A stretch of 64,000 nucleotides of DNA, taken from positions 530-64,529 of the forward strand of contig JAPLJV010000004.1 of assembly GCA_026388415.1 (NCBI GenBank), in the 5' to 3' direction. The translations under genes were made by a program, and so were the position numbers. Within the stretch, counting starts at the first letter, position 1; every line of letters starts with the position of its first letter. Under the pieces are notes generated by a model. It had not been told where the DNA came from, made no database searches, and saw only the letters and a program-made list of their open reading frames with translations. This DNA is from Deltaproteobacteria bacterium. GTDB lineage: Bacteria > Desulfobacterota > Syntrophia > Syntrophales > JACQWR01. Shown here piece after piece: positions 37,455-47,236 of this stretch.

Positions 37455-38252
37455 TTAGGCTTGAAAGACCCTGACTTTTTCCAAAGGCTTGCCATTGTCT
37501 CTCAGTACCTTGCCGTGGCCCGGATAAATAGTTTTACAAGCTATTGACCGGCGGAGCATTTCATAAGAGCTGGTCAGTTTCTTTCGATCCCAGTGAAAAC
37601 GATTCAACTCACCGGGGCCGTTTTCGTCGCGGTTAATTATTAAATCACCACAGATCAACTCCTCCGAAGAAGCATTAAAAAAACATACCGAATCCTCTGT
37701 ATGACCAGGCGTTTCAAGATATTCCCATTGATCAAAGCCGAGAAGAGTGCCCGGCGAAGTTGCCGCTGTCGCGAGCGGCTGCCGTTCTGATGCCGGGCCG
37801 AAATATGAAATCCGTTGCCTGTAGGGTATGTTGATAATATTTCTCAGGACGGGCAAGGGAATGCCCGCCAGTCCGGCAAACCCCAGATGGGATATCTTTT
37901 TCACCTGACCAAACCCCACAATAGCAGCTGGCAAAAGACCGCAGCACCAATTACGGATGAGGGAAAGCTTTTTTCTTCCTTCCAGATAACTTTTCACCAG
38001 TTGGTGAAATAACACCTTAGTCGTTGGCGGGCATTTTTTCAGTAGCACCGCGATCCCGCCTATGTGATCAATATGAAAGTGCGTCGCCGTAATGCATTTC
38101 ACCATATCGAGGGACATACCAGGCTGATTATACAAGTAATCCTCCACGTCCTGTGCCGCGCCAATACTCCCCACGTCAACAACCATCAACCCGCCTGACT
38201 CGGAAACGACATATGTATTAGCAAAACCACAGTTGGGAATCTTATGAACCAC
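37455..38252 (-). CDS. MBL-fold metallo-hydrolase
   Basis: The ATHFHIDHIGG (HxHxDH) motif. 265 aa. No signal peptide seen. Confidence 0.8.
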   Translation of the reverse strand: MVHKIPNCGFANTYVVSESGGLMVVDVGSIGAAQDVEDYLYNQPGMSLDMVKCITATHFHIDHIGGIAVLLKKCPPTTKVLFHQLVKSYLEGRKKLSLIRNWCCGLLPAAIVGFGQVKKISHLGFAGLAGIPLPVLRNIINIPYRQRISYFGPASERQPLATAATSPGTLLGFDQWEYLETPGHTEDSVCFFNASSEELICGDLIINRDENGPGELNRFHWDRKKLTSSYEMLRRSIACKTIYPGHGKVLRDNGKPLEKVRVFQA

Positions 38253-38298
38253 AAAACAGCCCTCTTCACATTCATCTGCCTGAAAACTCTAAAAAAAG

Positions 38299-40554
38299 TT
38301 AACGTCCCGTAACGGTTAATTCCCGACTGGGATTGCTTTCGAGGCCGTCTGCATCAACCGTGGTAATCAGATAAGTCTTGGTTTTGCCTTTGGGCGGCGA
38401 GGTCTCGCTGAAGGTATTGGTCTTTTCGTCGGCTATCTTTTCGTTGCCGAAGAATTTTTTTTCATACACACTGTAATTAGCTATATCAGGCTCACGACCT
38501 CGATCCCATTTGAGAATAACCTTACCATTGCGCACATCACCGGATAGACCGGCGGGACTATTTGGTCGAGGCTTGGTAGGTATTTTTACGGTCTCCGAAA
38601 ATTCGCTGATGAGGCCGTCCCGGTCTTCCGCCCGGAGTTTGTAACTATAGGACACGCCATCCTGCAACTCCTTGTCCACATAACCCGTCCGGGCAGGTAT
38701 TTTAGCAACCTGCTTAAAGTCGCCTCCTTCGGAACTCAGTCGCCATAAATGGTAAGTTGAAATATCATTCTCCGGATTAGCTCCCCAGGAAAGGGGGACT
38801 TCCTTCACCTTCAGGGATTCACCCTTAAGCCCCTGCGGGCGTGAAGGCCGGGACTTTGTTGTCGCAGAAACCTCTACCGATGGACTTTCAATATCAACCT
38901 TGTTATAGCACGTTAGACGATAATAGTACTTGCTGCCATCATCAAGCCTGGTTCCGTCCTCATCAACAAATTTATTATTGTTTCTGCCCTCCAGCTTTTT
39001 TATCAGCAAAAATTGACCATCACTCTGCCTGGCGGCATATAGTTTATAGCCTTCCACATCCTCGGTGTTACTGGGAGTACAACTGATTTCGATCTTTTTA
39101 ACGAGTCCGCTAACGGCACGAACATTTTGAGGTGCGGACGGCTTACCCTTCGTGATCGCTGCAACGGTAATTTTCGAAGCTGTTTCCGCTGTTGAAGATT
39201 CAAACACCGTGATGCGGTAGAAATAACGTACCGAGTCCGCCAGACCGTCTATGTCCTTGTATTGAAGTTTTTTTTCACTCGCGTTAGCAGGCTGATCAAT
39301 CACTGCAATCTTCTTGAACCCATCATTTTCCATCGTAGAGCGATAAACATTGTAACCTTTGATATCAGGGCCCTCAAGCGCCGCCCAGGACAGCCTGACT
39401 TCTCTGACCAGATCGCCTTGAGCGTAAATGTTGGTTACAGGCGATACGGTAAGGCCTCTTATGGGAGACGAGTATTCGCTTTCCAAATTTTTTTCATTGT
39501 AGGCGGTTACTTTGTAATATGTTGTTTCTCCGTCGGCAAGCCCCTTATCCGTAAAATCTACCTTGAATATTCTATCGAGGGTGGTGGCCGTATCCACACC
39601 AATGCCCAGATCCTTACCCACAATATTAGCTACTTCTTTATACGGGCCTGGCTCGTTTTTGGAACGGTAAACCTTGTATCCTCGCAATTTCAACGGATCG
39701 CTGCTGCTCATGGGGCTTGGTGTCCACGTAATCTGGATACTCCGAATATGACTTTCCGCTTTCAAAATTACCGGGGAATTGGGTGTTAATACTGTTTCGG
39801 CAAAAAAAATCTCGGAGAATTCACTGCGGGCGCCTTTTTCATTATAGGCTCTGATTTTGTAGTAGTAGAGGACATTTTTTTCCAAATTCTGATCCACATA
39901 TTCCGGTACCGTCACTTGGGAAACCTTGGCGTAGGGACCAGACTGGTTCGTTGCCCGGAATATCTCATAAGACACCGCCATGGCCGGCCCATCCCAGCTC
40001 ATCTGTATCTGTTTGTTGCCCGGACGCACGATAATGTTGACAGGACCGGAAAAATCGGCTTGTCCATCGCTACTGTGAGCACTGATAACAGTTGAGACAA
40101 GCGCTTTACTGAGATCGCTTATTTCACTACCCAGACTGGCGTCGCCGAGCGATCTTATCTGCTTGGAAAAGATGACTTTTTTCTGTTCTATACCAATGGC
40201 ACGGCAATTGATTAAGAGGATGGCACCCTTCTTTTCAACCGATCCTACCACGATCAAATTTAATCCGAGACGGGTGCCGATATTTATTACATTGTCCAAT
40301 TTATCATTTTGCTGCAGGTCATTAAGAGTCATGAATGCTTCCAGGTCCTTACGGTCGAGAACGTTCAGGCTTCGCTCGGAAGTCAGCGAAGTAAGAAGCA
40401 TATTTGTTACGGCGGTCCCCTGACCGGAAGCCTCCATGTTCACCGTTTGAAAATTGAAAATCGCCATCTTCACGGGCGCTGCCGTCGCCACTTCCGTCAG
40501 ATAGAAAATGGCAACTATCAACAACGATATAAAAGCTGCTGCTCTTTTAACCAT
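38299..40554 (-). CDS. secreted protein: CsgG/FlgO-like N-terminal module followed by six Fn3 domains
   Basis: Signal peptide ending ATA-AP. VKMAIFNFQTV...LDRKDLEAFM...LIVVGSV module. Six repeats, each with a W/Y...YRS/YRA...YYYK/YYYR pattern. Confidence 0.7.
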   Translation of the reverse strand: MVKRAAAFISLLIVAIFYLTEVATAAPVKMAIFNFQTVNMEASGQGTAVTNMLLTSLTSERSLNVLDRKDLEAFMTLNDLQQNDKLDNVINIGTRLGLNLIVVGSVEKKGAILLINCRAIGIEQKKVIFSKQIRSLGDASLGSEISDLSKALVSTVISAHSSDGQADFSGPVNIIVRPGNKQIQMSWDGPAMAVSYEIFRATNQSGPYAKVSQVTVPEYVDQNLEKNVLYYYKIRAYNEKGARSEFSEIFFAETVLTPNSPVILKAESHIRSIQITWTPSPMSSSDPLKLRGYKVYRSKNEPGPYKEVANIVGKDLGIGVDTATTLDRIFKVDFTDKGLADGETTYYKVTAYNEKNLESEYSSPIRGLTVSPVTNIYAQGDLVREVRLSWAALEGPDIKGYNVYRSTMENDGFKKIAVIDQPANASEKKLQYKDIDGLADSVRYFYRITVFESSTAETASKITVAAITKGKPSAPQNVRAVSGLVKKIEISCTPSNTEDVEGYKLYAARQSDGQFLLIKKLEGRNNNKFVDEDGTRLDDGSKYYYRLTCYNKVDIESPSVEVSATTKSRPSRPQGLKGESLKVKEVPLSWGANPENDISTYHLWRLSSEGGDFKQVAKIPARTGYVDKELQDGVSYSYKLRAEDRDGLISEFSETVKIPTKPRPNSPAGLSGDVRNGKVILKWDRGREPDIANYSVYEKKFFGNEKIADEKTNTFSETSPPKGKTKTYLITTVDADGLESNPSRELTVTGR

Positions 40555-40582
40555 TTCATTCCTCCGGCGCTTTACTTTACCT

Positions 40583-42568
40583 CTACTTGTCCTGAATCAA
40601 TTTATTGATGCTTTCCTGCGATTGTTGTGAAATTGGTGTCGTAATGCTCTTGAGCTTTTCATCGAACGCGGCATCGGTATATTTTTCCACCGCCTGTTCG
40701 TAATTGCGCCTCTTTTCATACTGTTGAGCGTCATTGAAATATTCTACTTCCAGACTCTGGAATGGCTTGAGGACACTTTGACCGACCTCGGATATCTTCG
40801 CGTTGGTCAGTTCATCAATAACCTCCAGCTCCGATGGAAGGGTCAGAGGATCGTGGGGAATATTGGCCAGGGCAACACCATCCTGATACGCATCTTCCTT
40901 TATGGCTTTACCTGATGTTGTATTAGTAAACATATTTTCACCCGTCGTTGTGTTGACGAGTTTGTACGACACCTCTATCATCGCCGTGACTTTGGCAACA
41001 CCCCGTTTATAGGAGATGAATTGATAAGTCGGTTTTCTGATCGTGCGCGAGGGTGCATGGGCCAATTCTTCCCTACTTGGCTTGGGGTTAAGCATTCTCC
41101 AATCGGAGAATTCGGGGTTAGGCACATCTTCTTCATTCACGAGCACCTTGGCCTGGCCGGTGCTGGGACTGTCCGCATAGTTGGTAGAATATTGCATGAC
41201 ATCACCCATGATGAAGGTATCAATGCCCCGCATTTTACCCATACTTTGAGCTGTTTTAATATCCACCAGACCGGTCTGTCCAAGTTGCATTTCTCTCAAA
41301 ATATTTTCCAGATTCGCTCTTTCAATGATGCGTAAATCACCACTGGCATTCTTATGCAAAAAAGCAGTCAATTTATTGGCGGCAATCTTGCCGGCGTCTT
41401 TATTATTGCCTGGCGAACCGAATTCAAAGACGGCAATGGATTTTTTTATTCTCTTGTTGATGCTATCTCGGGCATCCAACAGTTTTTGGAACAAGTTAGG
41501 GTAGCTGGGATTAAACATCTCCGCCTTTTGCAGCCAGATATAGGCATTGCCCCAAAGCTCCTTTTCCGCATACTTCTCCGATCGCTCCATCAATTTAGCG
41601 CAAAATTTACCTATGAATTCTCTGTAAACCGGATCACTCTGCATCGTCGGTGTATAGTTCCTGGCAGAGTCCAGCAGGCTCATCGCCTTAAAAAGGACAC
41701 CTTGATTTGCCAGCTTGACGGCGTCGGAAAAATATATCTGGCTAACCTTAACCTTCATTGATTCTATCTTGTTGCGGAGGTCTTGGTTATCTGCTTGATA
41801 TTCTGAGGCTTTTTCCAGCATCATAATTGCCCGGTCCCAATTTTGGTTGCGACCAGCATTCTCCCCCTCGGCGATATAGTACTGGATATTGTCCCGATCC
41901 TGTGCCTCTTGATAAAGCTTGGCCACGTCATAATAATTCGGGTTAATCTCAATCAGCTTTTTAAAAGTCTGGACAGCCAATTTCCAGTCTTCCTGTTTTC
42001 TTAAAGCCATTCCCTGCTGGTATAAACTTTTTGCTCCCTCCTGCTCCACCTTTGTCAGCCGGGCGCCGGTATCTTCGTAACTCGGATATATCTTGTTTAT
42101 CTGCTTGAGTTTTTCAGCCGCTGCCGACCAGTCTTCCTTCTGCATATCCGCATCGGCCTGCGCATAAAGTGACTGGAGCTTGCCTTTTAAAATTGAAATT
42201 TTCCCTGCCAGGCTGGTGGCAAACGACTCAATTGTTTGATTAAGCGGATCAAGTCGGCGAGCCTTTTCCGCAGTCACGCTGATCTGCTCCAGGCTGGTTA
42301 AATTCTGATCGGATGCTGCAATCAGTGCCTGCCTGGCTTTTTCATAAACGCTTTTGGCAGCTTCCTGATTGGCTTTACTGAGGGCATCCTTGTATTCTTG
42401 ATTGCCCGGGCTTTCACTCAAAGCCTTTTCAAAATAAATGGCCGCCTCTTCCCAGCGTCTCCCGCTGGCCAGTTCCTGTCCCATTTTGTAACTCTCGCTT
42501 ACAACGCAACCAAAAAACATAAAAACGACAAAGACCAGCAGACTTGTTCCATATGTACTCTTTTTCAT
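40583..42568 (-). CDS. lipoprotein: long TPR array followed by a C-terminal CsgG-family domain
   Basis: Lipobox MFFGC. About 340 aa of TPR-like repeats. Then SIAVFEFGSPG...LRIIERANLENILREMQLGQTGLVD...GIDTFIMGDV...YKLVNTTTGE, a CsgG pattern. Confidence 0.7.
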   Translation of the reverse strand: MKKSTYGTSLLVFVVFMFFGCVVSESYKMGQELASGRRWEEAAIYFEKALSESPGNQEYKDALSKANQEAAKSVYEKARQALIAASDQNLTSLEQISVTAEKARRLDPLNQTIESFATSLAGKISILKGKLQSLYAQADADMQKEDWSAAAEKLKQINKIYPSYEDTGARLTKVEQEGAKSLYQQGMALRKQEDWKLAVQTFKKLIEINPNYYDVAKLYQEAQDRDNIQYYIAEGENAGRNQNWDRAIMMLEKASEYQADNQDLRNKIESMKVKVSQIYFSDAVKLANQGVLFKAMSLLDSARNYTPTMQSDPVYREFIGKFCAKLMERSEKYAEKELWGNAYIWLQKAEMFNPSYPNLFQKLLDARDSINKRIKKSIAVFEFGSPGNNKDAGKIAANKLTAFLHKNASGDLRIIERANLENILREMQLGQTGLVDIKTAQSMGKMRGIDTFIMGDVMQYSTNYADSPSTGQAKVLVNEEDVPNPEFSDWRMLNPKPSREELAHAPSRTIRKPTYQFISYKRGVAKVTAMIEVSYKLVNTTTGENMFTNTTSGKAIKEDAYQDGVALANIPHDPLTLPSELEVIDELTNAKISEVGQSVLKPFQSLEVEYFNDAQQYEKRRNYEQAVEKYTDAAFDEKLKSITTPISQQSQESINKLIQDK

Positions 42569-42611
42569 GCGTGCCTCCCTTAAATGGCAGTATTTGTGAG
42601 TAAGTAAATTG

Positions 42612-43742
42612 TTATCGTGGTTGCGGCAAAAAAATGGCCTTTACCATGTTCTGCGTAATGGCAGATATCTTCAATTTACGTCCCTTCATAACGAAGACGG
42701 AAAGGTCATCAGCTACTCCCTGAATATCGCCCTTAACTTCAATATCCAGCTCGACGGTCCCCTGCTGATAGCTACGTTGATACAAAACTTTAAACCCTTT
42801 CAGAACGAGTTGCAGGTGATCCTTGAAACCTACCAGATCCTGATATTCGTCCAAACCGGAAACCACTAATTTAATGGTGGTGGTGTTGGTAAGTTCAGAG
42901 GACCAGCGTTCCAACGTATCTTCCAGGATTTTCCCGGCCAATTTGCCGGCTGCCTCCTCTGCGAGGCGGCTGATGTCTCCCTTAGCGCCCGGCACTGATT
43001 TAGACTCACTGCCGGTGGTAATAACATCTCCGGTATCGCCATTGATTACCTTTACGGACACACTGACCTTATTAGTAAACATTTCAATGCCGCTGACCGT
43101 AAAGGAATTACTCACGGCCTCAACGGAGCCGAAAATTACAACTTCTGCTCCGTAAGTGCGCGCCAGATTGGACAAGGCTTTTTCGTTAGTTGCGGAAACA
43201 GCCACATTGATTTCACCGCGGCTCTTCTTGACAATTGATGAATCAACAAGTTTAAAACCCTTCACGAGGAAGAACTTGCTCATGGCGGCCTCCGCGATGG
43301 CGTCCTTCTGTCCAGCCTCGTTGAAAACAACCATCAGGCGAGGCCTTGATTTCCTGCTTATGAGGAGTTGCATAGCCTGCAGGCGGTCCTGCAATTTGCC
43401 GGCCCCCACCTCTGCTTCAACGTTAACCTCATAGTTATCGCCCTCCCTTTTTTCGGACAGGATGCGATAATTTTCAACGAATCCCTTGGATTCCGAGAGG
43501 ATACGATCCATCTTGAGCTGGAAATTCTCGACCTCCGTGCTGCCGGTAACCATTACCCCCACTACCTTTTCCACTACATTGCGCAGTGCATTATCAATGG
43601 CCTTGTCTCGGGCAATATCCACAATATTGTTGTGAATTGTGGCCATGCCTACGGCACGGATCTTATTGTTTTCCTGGGCTGCCCAGGTAAGCGTCACCCA
43701 AGTAAGGCACAACAACACAATCAGGCAGACTATTTTTTTCAT
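42612..43742 (-). CDS. secreted FlgT-like three-domain protein
   Basis: Signal peptide ending TWA-AQE. IRAVGMATIHNN..ARDKAIDNALRNVVEKVVGV... is an LPP20/FlgT-N-like domain, followed by middle and C-terminal domains. The assignment is by pattern only. Confidence 0.55.
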   Translation of the reverse strand: MKKIVCLIVLLCLTWVTLTWAAQENNKIRAVGMATIHNNIVDIARDKAIDNALRNVVEKVVGVMVTGSTEVENFQLKMDRILSESKGFVENYRILSEKREGDNYEVNVEAEVGAGKLQDRLQAMQLLISRKSRPRLMVVFNEAGQKDAIAEAAMSKFFLVKGFKLVDSSIVKKSRGEINVAVSATNEKALSNLARTYGAEVVIFGSVEAVSNSFTVSGIEMFTNKVSVSVKVINGDTGDVITTGSESKSVPGAKGDISRLAEEAAGKLAGKILEDTLERWSSELTNTTTIKLVVSGLDEYQDLVGFKDHLQLVLKGFKVLYQRSYQQGTVELDIEVKGDIQGVADDLSVFVMKGRKLKISAITQNMVKAIFLPQPR

Positions 43743-43796
43743 GTCATCAATCCATTTCTCATATTCAGTGCGTGCTTAACTGCTAACTCTACTCGA

Positions 43797-43825
43797 TTTA
43801 TAGGTCAATATACCCGGGCTGTCAA
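43797..43825 (-). promoter_or_regulatory. near-consensus sigma70 promoter of the envelope operon
   Basis: Minus sense: TTGACA (43825-43820), a 17-nt spacer, then TATAAA (43802-43797). This lies about 55 nt upstream of the ATG at 43742. Confidence 0.5.
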
Positions 43826-43910
43826 GCAACAAATTTGGCTCGAATTGATGCTACAGCCAAATCACCAATGCTATTGTATATATATCCTTATTTACCTCAA
43901 AAGCCCTAAA

Positions 43911-44837
43911 TCAGGGGAGAAAAAATAACGGGTTACGTGCTTTATTTTTATAGCGAATCTCGAAATTAAGCAGGCCATCTCCTTTAGTTTCCGACCGCGC
44001 CACGGTGGCTATCTTATCCCCTTTTTTAATACGATCGTCGCGTTTTACCCGACGTTCGCCTAACTGAGTGTATACAGTGGCATAATCATTATCATGCTTC
44101 AGAATGATGGTTTCCCCATAATCCTTTAAATGAGCAGAGAAAATAACTGCTCCACCTGCTGCGGCGGAGACGGGAGCGCCCTCCGGCGCCGCAATTTTAA
44201 TCCCGTTGTAAAACATACCGTTAGGCTGTATTCCGTATCGAGAAACGACCTTTCCGGCAACGGGCCAAATAAAAAACATTTTATCCCGTTGGATTTTATC
44301 TTGTTCCGCATCGGGAGGTAAATTTTCACCTTTGCTGCTCTCCTTTTGCAAAACCGGGGGCAGTTTCAAGGGGAAGATGGTTTTATCAGGTTGCGAGGCA
44401 ATTTCGGATTTGCCGGCGGCGGGAAGTCGGGATTTGTCTCTTTCCGCAGAGTGCTTTTCGTTTAACGGCGGATCAACCCCAGGCGCTTCTCCACCGGGTG
44501 TCAAAGCAACCACATCTCCCTTCCTGCCCGGCGTCCTGGCAGTTTTCTTCTCTGCTTCCTGCACCTTCACGGCAACCAGGATGTCATCTGCAACCGCTTG
44601 GGCATCGGGAATAAAAAGAACTCGGCCGGCTTCCAAGATATCTATATGATCAATATTATTCACTTCCGCGAGTTGCTGCAAGCTGACATGATAAACTTGC
44701 GCTATCCTGTACAGGGTCTCTCCCTTTTTTACGCGATGATAAACGCCGCTGGCCTGTTTGCTTCCGGTTAACGAGCCGGCACAGGCGGTGACCAGGACAA
44801 AAGCGACGATAATCAGCAACTTGCAGATGCGTTGCAT
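43911..44837 (-). CDS. nlpD: LysM / degenerate-LytM (M23) lipoprotein, NlpD-like
   Basis: ORF trimmed to MQRICKLLIIVAFVLVTAC (lipobox). LysM YHRVKKGETLYRIAQVYHVSLQQLAEVNNI. An M23 fold whose metal ligands are replaced (YNGIKI instead of HxGxD, LLNFEI instead of HLHFE). Confidence 0.85.
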   Translation of the reverse strand: MQRICKLLIIVAFVLVTACAGSLTGSKQASGVYHRVKKGETLYRIAQVYHVSLQQLAEVNNIDHIDILEAGRVLFIPDAQAVADDILVAVKVQEAEKKTARTPGRKGDVVALTPGGEAPGVDPPLNEKHSAERDKSRLPAAGKSEIASQPDKTIFPLKLPPVLQKESSKGENLPPDAEQDKIQRDKMFFIWPVAGKVVSRYGIQPNGMFYNGIKIAAPEGAPVSAAAGGAVIFSAHLKDYGETIILKHDNDYATVYTQLGERRVKRDDRIKKGDKIATVARSETKGDGLLNFEIRYKNKARNPLFFLP

Positions 44838-44883
44838 ATCCGGCAACAAATGAGTCTCTTTTCGAGACGGATACAATGAGTGC

Positions 44884-45537
44884 TTACGCTTTCCAGCCAT
44901 AGGCCCCGATAAGATCTACAAAACGACAGCCCACCAGATCTTCTTTTTTCAGATCACCAGCATTTTCGGAAAGGCGGGTAATCCTGGTCAGGGTCTGATA
45001 ATGGCGATCGCCCACCGGTATTATCAGACATCCACCTAATGATAGCTGTTCCACAAGGGTATGGGGTACTGCCGGTGCGCCTGCGGTCACGATAATGGCA
45101 TCAAAGGGCGATTCTTCGCGCCAACCATAAGTACCGTCGCCAACCCTGACGACTACTTGATAATAACCAAGTGATTCCAACAGCCTCCTGGCATTCACAG
45201 CCAGTTGGGCAATGCGATCAATGGAATAGACCTGCGCTCCGAGTTCCGCCAGGACGGCCGCCTGGTATCCGGAACCTGTGCCTATCTCCAACACCTTTTC
45301 GCCGCCCTTCATCTCCAGCAACTCCGTCATCAGGGCTACCATATAAGGCTGAGAAATCGTCTGACCCTCCTCAATAGGCAGCGGGCTGTCGTGGTAGGCC
45401 TGATCCCACATACACTCCGCCACAAACAGGTGACGCGGAACCTTTTCCATGGCCGCCAATACTCGTTGATCCAGGATACCCCGCGAGCGGAGCTGACTAT
45501 CAACCATCCGGGTGCGATTTTTATTGAATCTTTCCAT
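44884..45537 (-). CDS. pcm: protein-L-isoaspartate O-methyltransferase
   Basis: ORF trimmed to MERFNKNRTRMV. QTISQPYMVA and VLEIGTGSGYQAA motifs. Classic pcm-nlpD adjacency. Confidence 0.9.
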   Translation of the reverse strand: MERFNKNRTRMVDSQLRSRGILDQRVLAAMEKVPRHLFVAECMWDQAYHDSPLPIEEGQTISQPYMVALMTELLEMKGGEKVLEIGTGSGYQAAVLAELGAQVYSIDRIAQLAVNARRLLESLGYYQVVVRVGDGTYGWREESPFDAIIVTAGAPAVPHTLVEQLSLGGCLIIPVGDRHYQTLTRITRLSENAGDLKKEDLVGCRFVDLIGAYGWKA

Positions 45538-45551
45538 AAATGATCCAATTT

Positions 45552-46628
45552 CTATCTTGCTAATATATCGCTCACAGCGTTGAAGACTGCATCTACCGTA
45601 ATGCCGTGCATACATTCCCGGGTGGGACACTTTTTCCGGAAGCATGGGCGGCAGGGGATATCAACGCTTACCACGCGATGCCCCTTTCCGTAAGGACCGG
45701 TCCGTCTGGCATCAGTAGGTCCGAAAAGCGCAACAACCGGGGTTCCGACCGCCGCGGCGATGTGCATCGGCCCGCTATCCGTGGTAATCACGAGCGCTGC
45801 GTGCCGGTATAGACAGGTCAGTTCCCGCAGTGACGTTTCCCCGGCCAGGTTAACGGAAGGAACGGACATGAGAGATTGAATAGGGCTGATTTCCTGCTTC
45901 CGAGTTCCGGTAAATACCACCGGTAATTTTAATTCTGCGACAATCCGGTCGCATAAGCGGGCAAACCCTGCGTCATCCCAGAGCTTCGTCTGCCATAAAG
46001 CTATCGGATTGAGAGCCACAAACCGGCCTGTCAAGCCGTTTGACAGGAGCAGTTGCGTTATCCGTTTCTCCTGAGCATCGAGAACAGGAATAATAAATTC
46101 CACCTTCTCCTGACAGTCACCGGCAGTTGCCGTCGCTTTACAGCTTCCACCGCCTGACATCACAAGTTTCTTAGTGTCAAGGTAGTGGACCAGGTCGAGA
46201 TAGCGGTCTACAGCATGCTTGTCCATATCTTCCGGAACTTTTTCACGAATAAAAAGGCCGCTCAGCTCCTGCATACTGTCATAACCAATCTTGCGCTCCG
46301 CCGTGGTCAATAATACGATCAGAGAACTTTTCAGAAGCCCGTGAAAGTCTATAACCAGGTCATAGCGGCGGCTCCTGAGTTCTCTTATGAAAGCCATGAT
46401 ATTTCCGACCGTTTTTAGATGTCCCCTTTTCAAGTCCCTGAGCCAGCGCTTACGGTGAGAAACAAGAACCTTGTCCAGATAAGGGTGGTCCTGGATCAGG
46501 TCGGCGGCTCCTTCCTCTATTACCCAGGTAATGAAGGCCTGGGGATAAAGTTTTCTCAAGGCGGCCAAGGCCGGTAGGGTGTGCACAACGTCGCCGATGG
46601 CGCTTAATTTTACGATCAGGATATTCAT
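45552..46628 (-). CDS. waaC: glycosyltransferase family 9, LPS heptosyltransferase I-like
   Basis: ORF trimmed to MNILIVKLSAIGDVVHTLPAL, a WaaC-like N-terminus. C-terminal TDSGPMHIAAAVG. ATGA overlap with gmhB. Confidence 0.75.
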   Translation of the reverse strand: MNILIVKLSAIGDVVHTLPALAALRKLYPQAFITWVIEEGAADLIQDHPYLDKVLVSHRKRWLRDLKRGHLKTVGNIMAFIRELRSRRYDLVIDFHGLLKSSLIVLLTTAERKIGYDSMQELSGLFIREKVPEDMDKHAVDRYLDLVHYLDTKKLVMSGGGSCKATATAGDCQEKVEFIIPVLDAQEKRITQLLLSNGLTGRFVALNPIALWQTKLWDDAGFARLCDRIVAELKLPVVFTGTRKQEISPIQSLMSVPSVNLAGETSLRELTCLYRHAALVITTDSGPMHIAAAVGTPVVALFGPTDARRTGPYGKGHRVVSVDIPCRPCFRKKCPTRECMHGITVDAVFNAVSDILAR

Positions 46629-47236
46629 TTTTGGCGGTCCTGCATGATCCATATTACAGCAGCAAGGATGTCATCGGCAACATAATTGAGACCGATGTCC
46701 GAGCACTCCGCTTCCGCTTCCCGGCCATAACCGGTCCGGACCAGGACCGCTTTTGCCCCGGCCTTCAGTCCCGCTTGCATATCCTTGCGAGTATCGCCAA
46801 TAAGGTAGGACCGCCCCAGGTCAATCCCCATATCTTGCGCGGCCGTAAGCAGCATTCCTGGCTCCGGTTTCCGACAGTTACATCCCTGACGGTAAATGCC
46901 CTGTCCCTCGGGATGATGAGGGCAGTAATAGAAAGCATCCAAGTGGGCCTGGTGGGGCGCGAGCAGCGACTGAATCTTCATGTGCACGTCCGCGACAAGG
47001 GCCGCAGTAAAATATCCTCGGGCCACGCCGGACTGGTTGGTAACGACGACTGATTTCATCCCGCTGACGTTGATCATTTTGATTGCCCGCGCCGCTTGGG
47101 GATAAAGCATCAGTTGGGCGAGGCTGCTCAGATGCCCGACTTCTTCATTGATTGTTCCATCCCGATCCAAGAATATTGCCTCCACCTTGTTTCCTGGATT
47201 CCCGTTTTCACCGGAATGACGTGTGTATGTTGTCAT
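46625..47236 (-). CDS. gmhB: D,D-heptose 1,7-bisphosphate phosphatase
   Basis: FLDRDGTIN (HAD motif I), CPHHPEG...CNCRKPEPGML (zinc site) and GDTRKD. Confidence 0.85.
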   Translation of the reverse strand: MTTYTRHSGENGNPGNKVEAIFLDRDGTINEEVGHLSSLAQLMLYPQAARAIKMINVSGMKSVVVTNQSGVARGYFTAALVADVHMKIQSLLAPHQAHLDAFYYCPHHPEGQGIYRQGCNCRKPEPGMLLTAAQDMGIDLGRSYLIGDTRKDMQAGLKAGAKAVLVRTGYGREAEAECSDIGLNYVADDILAAVIWIMQDRQK

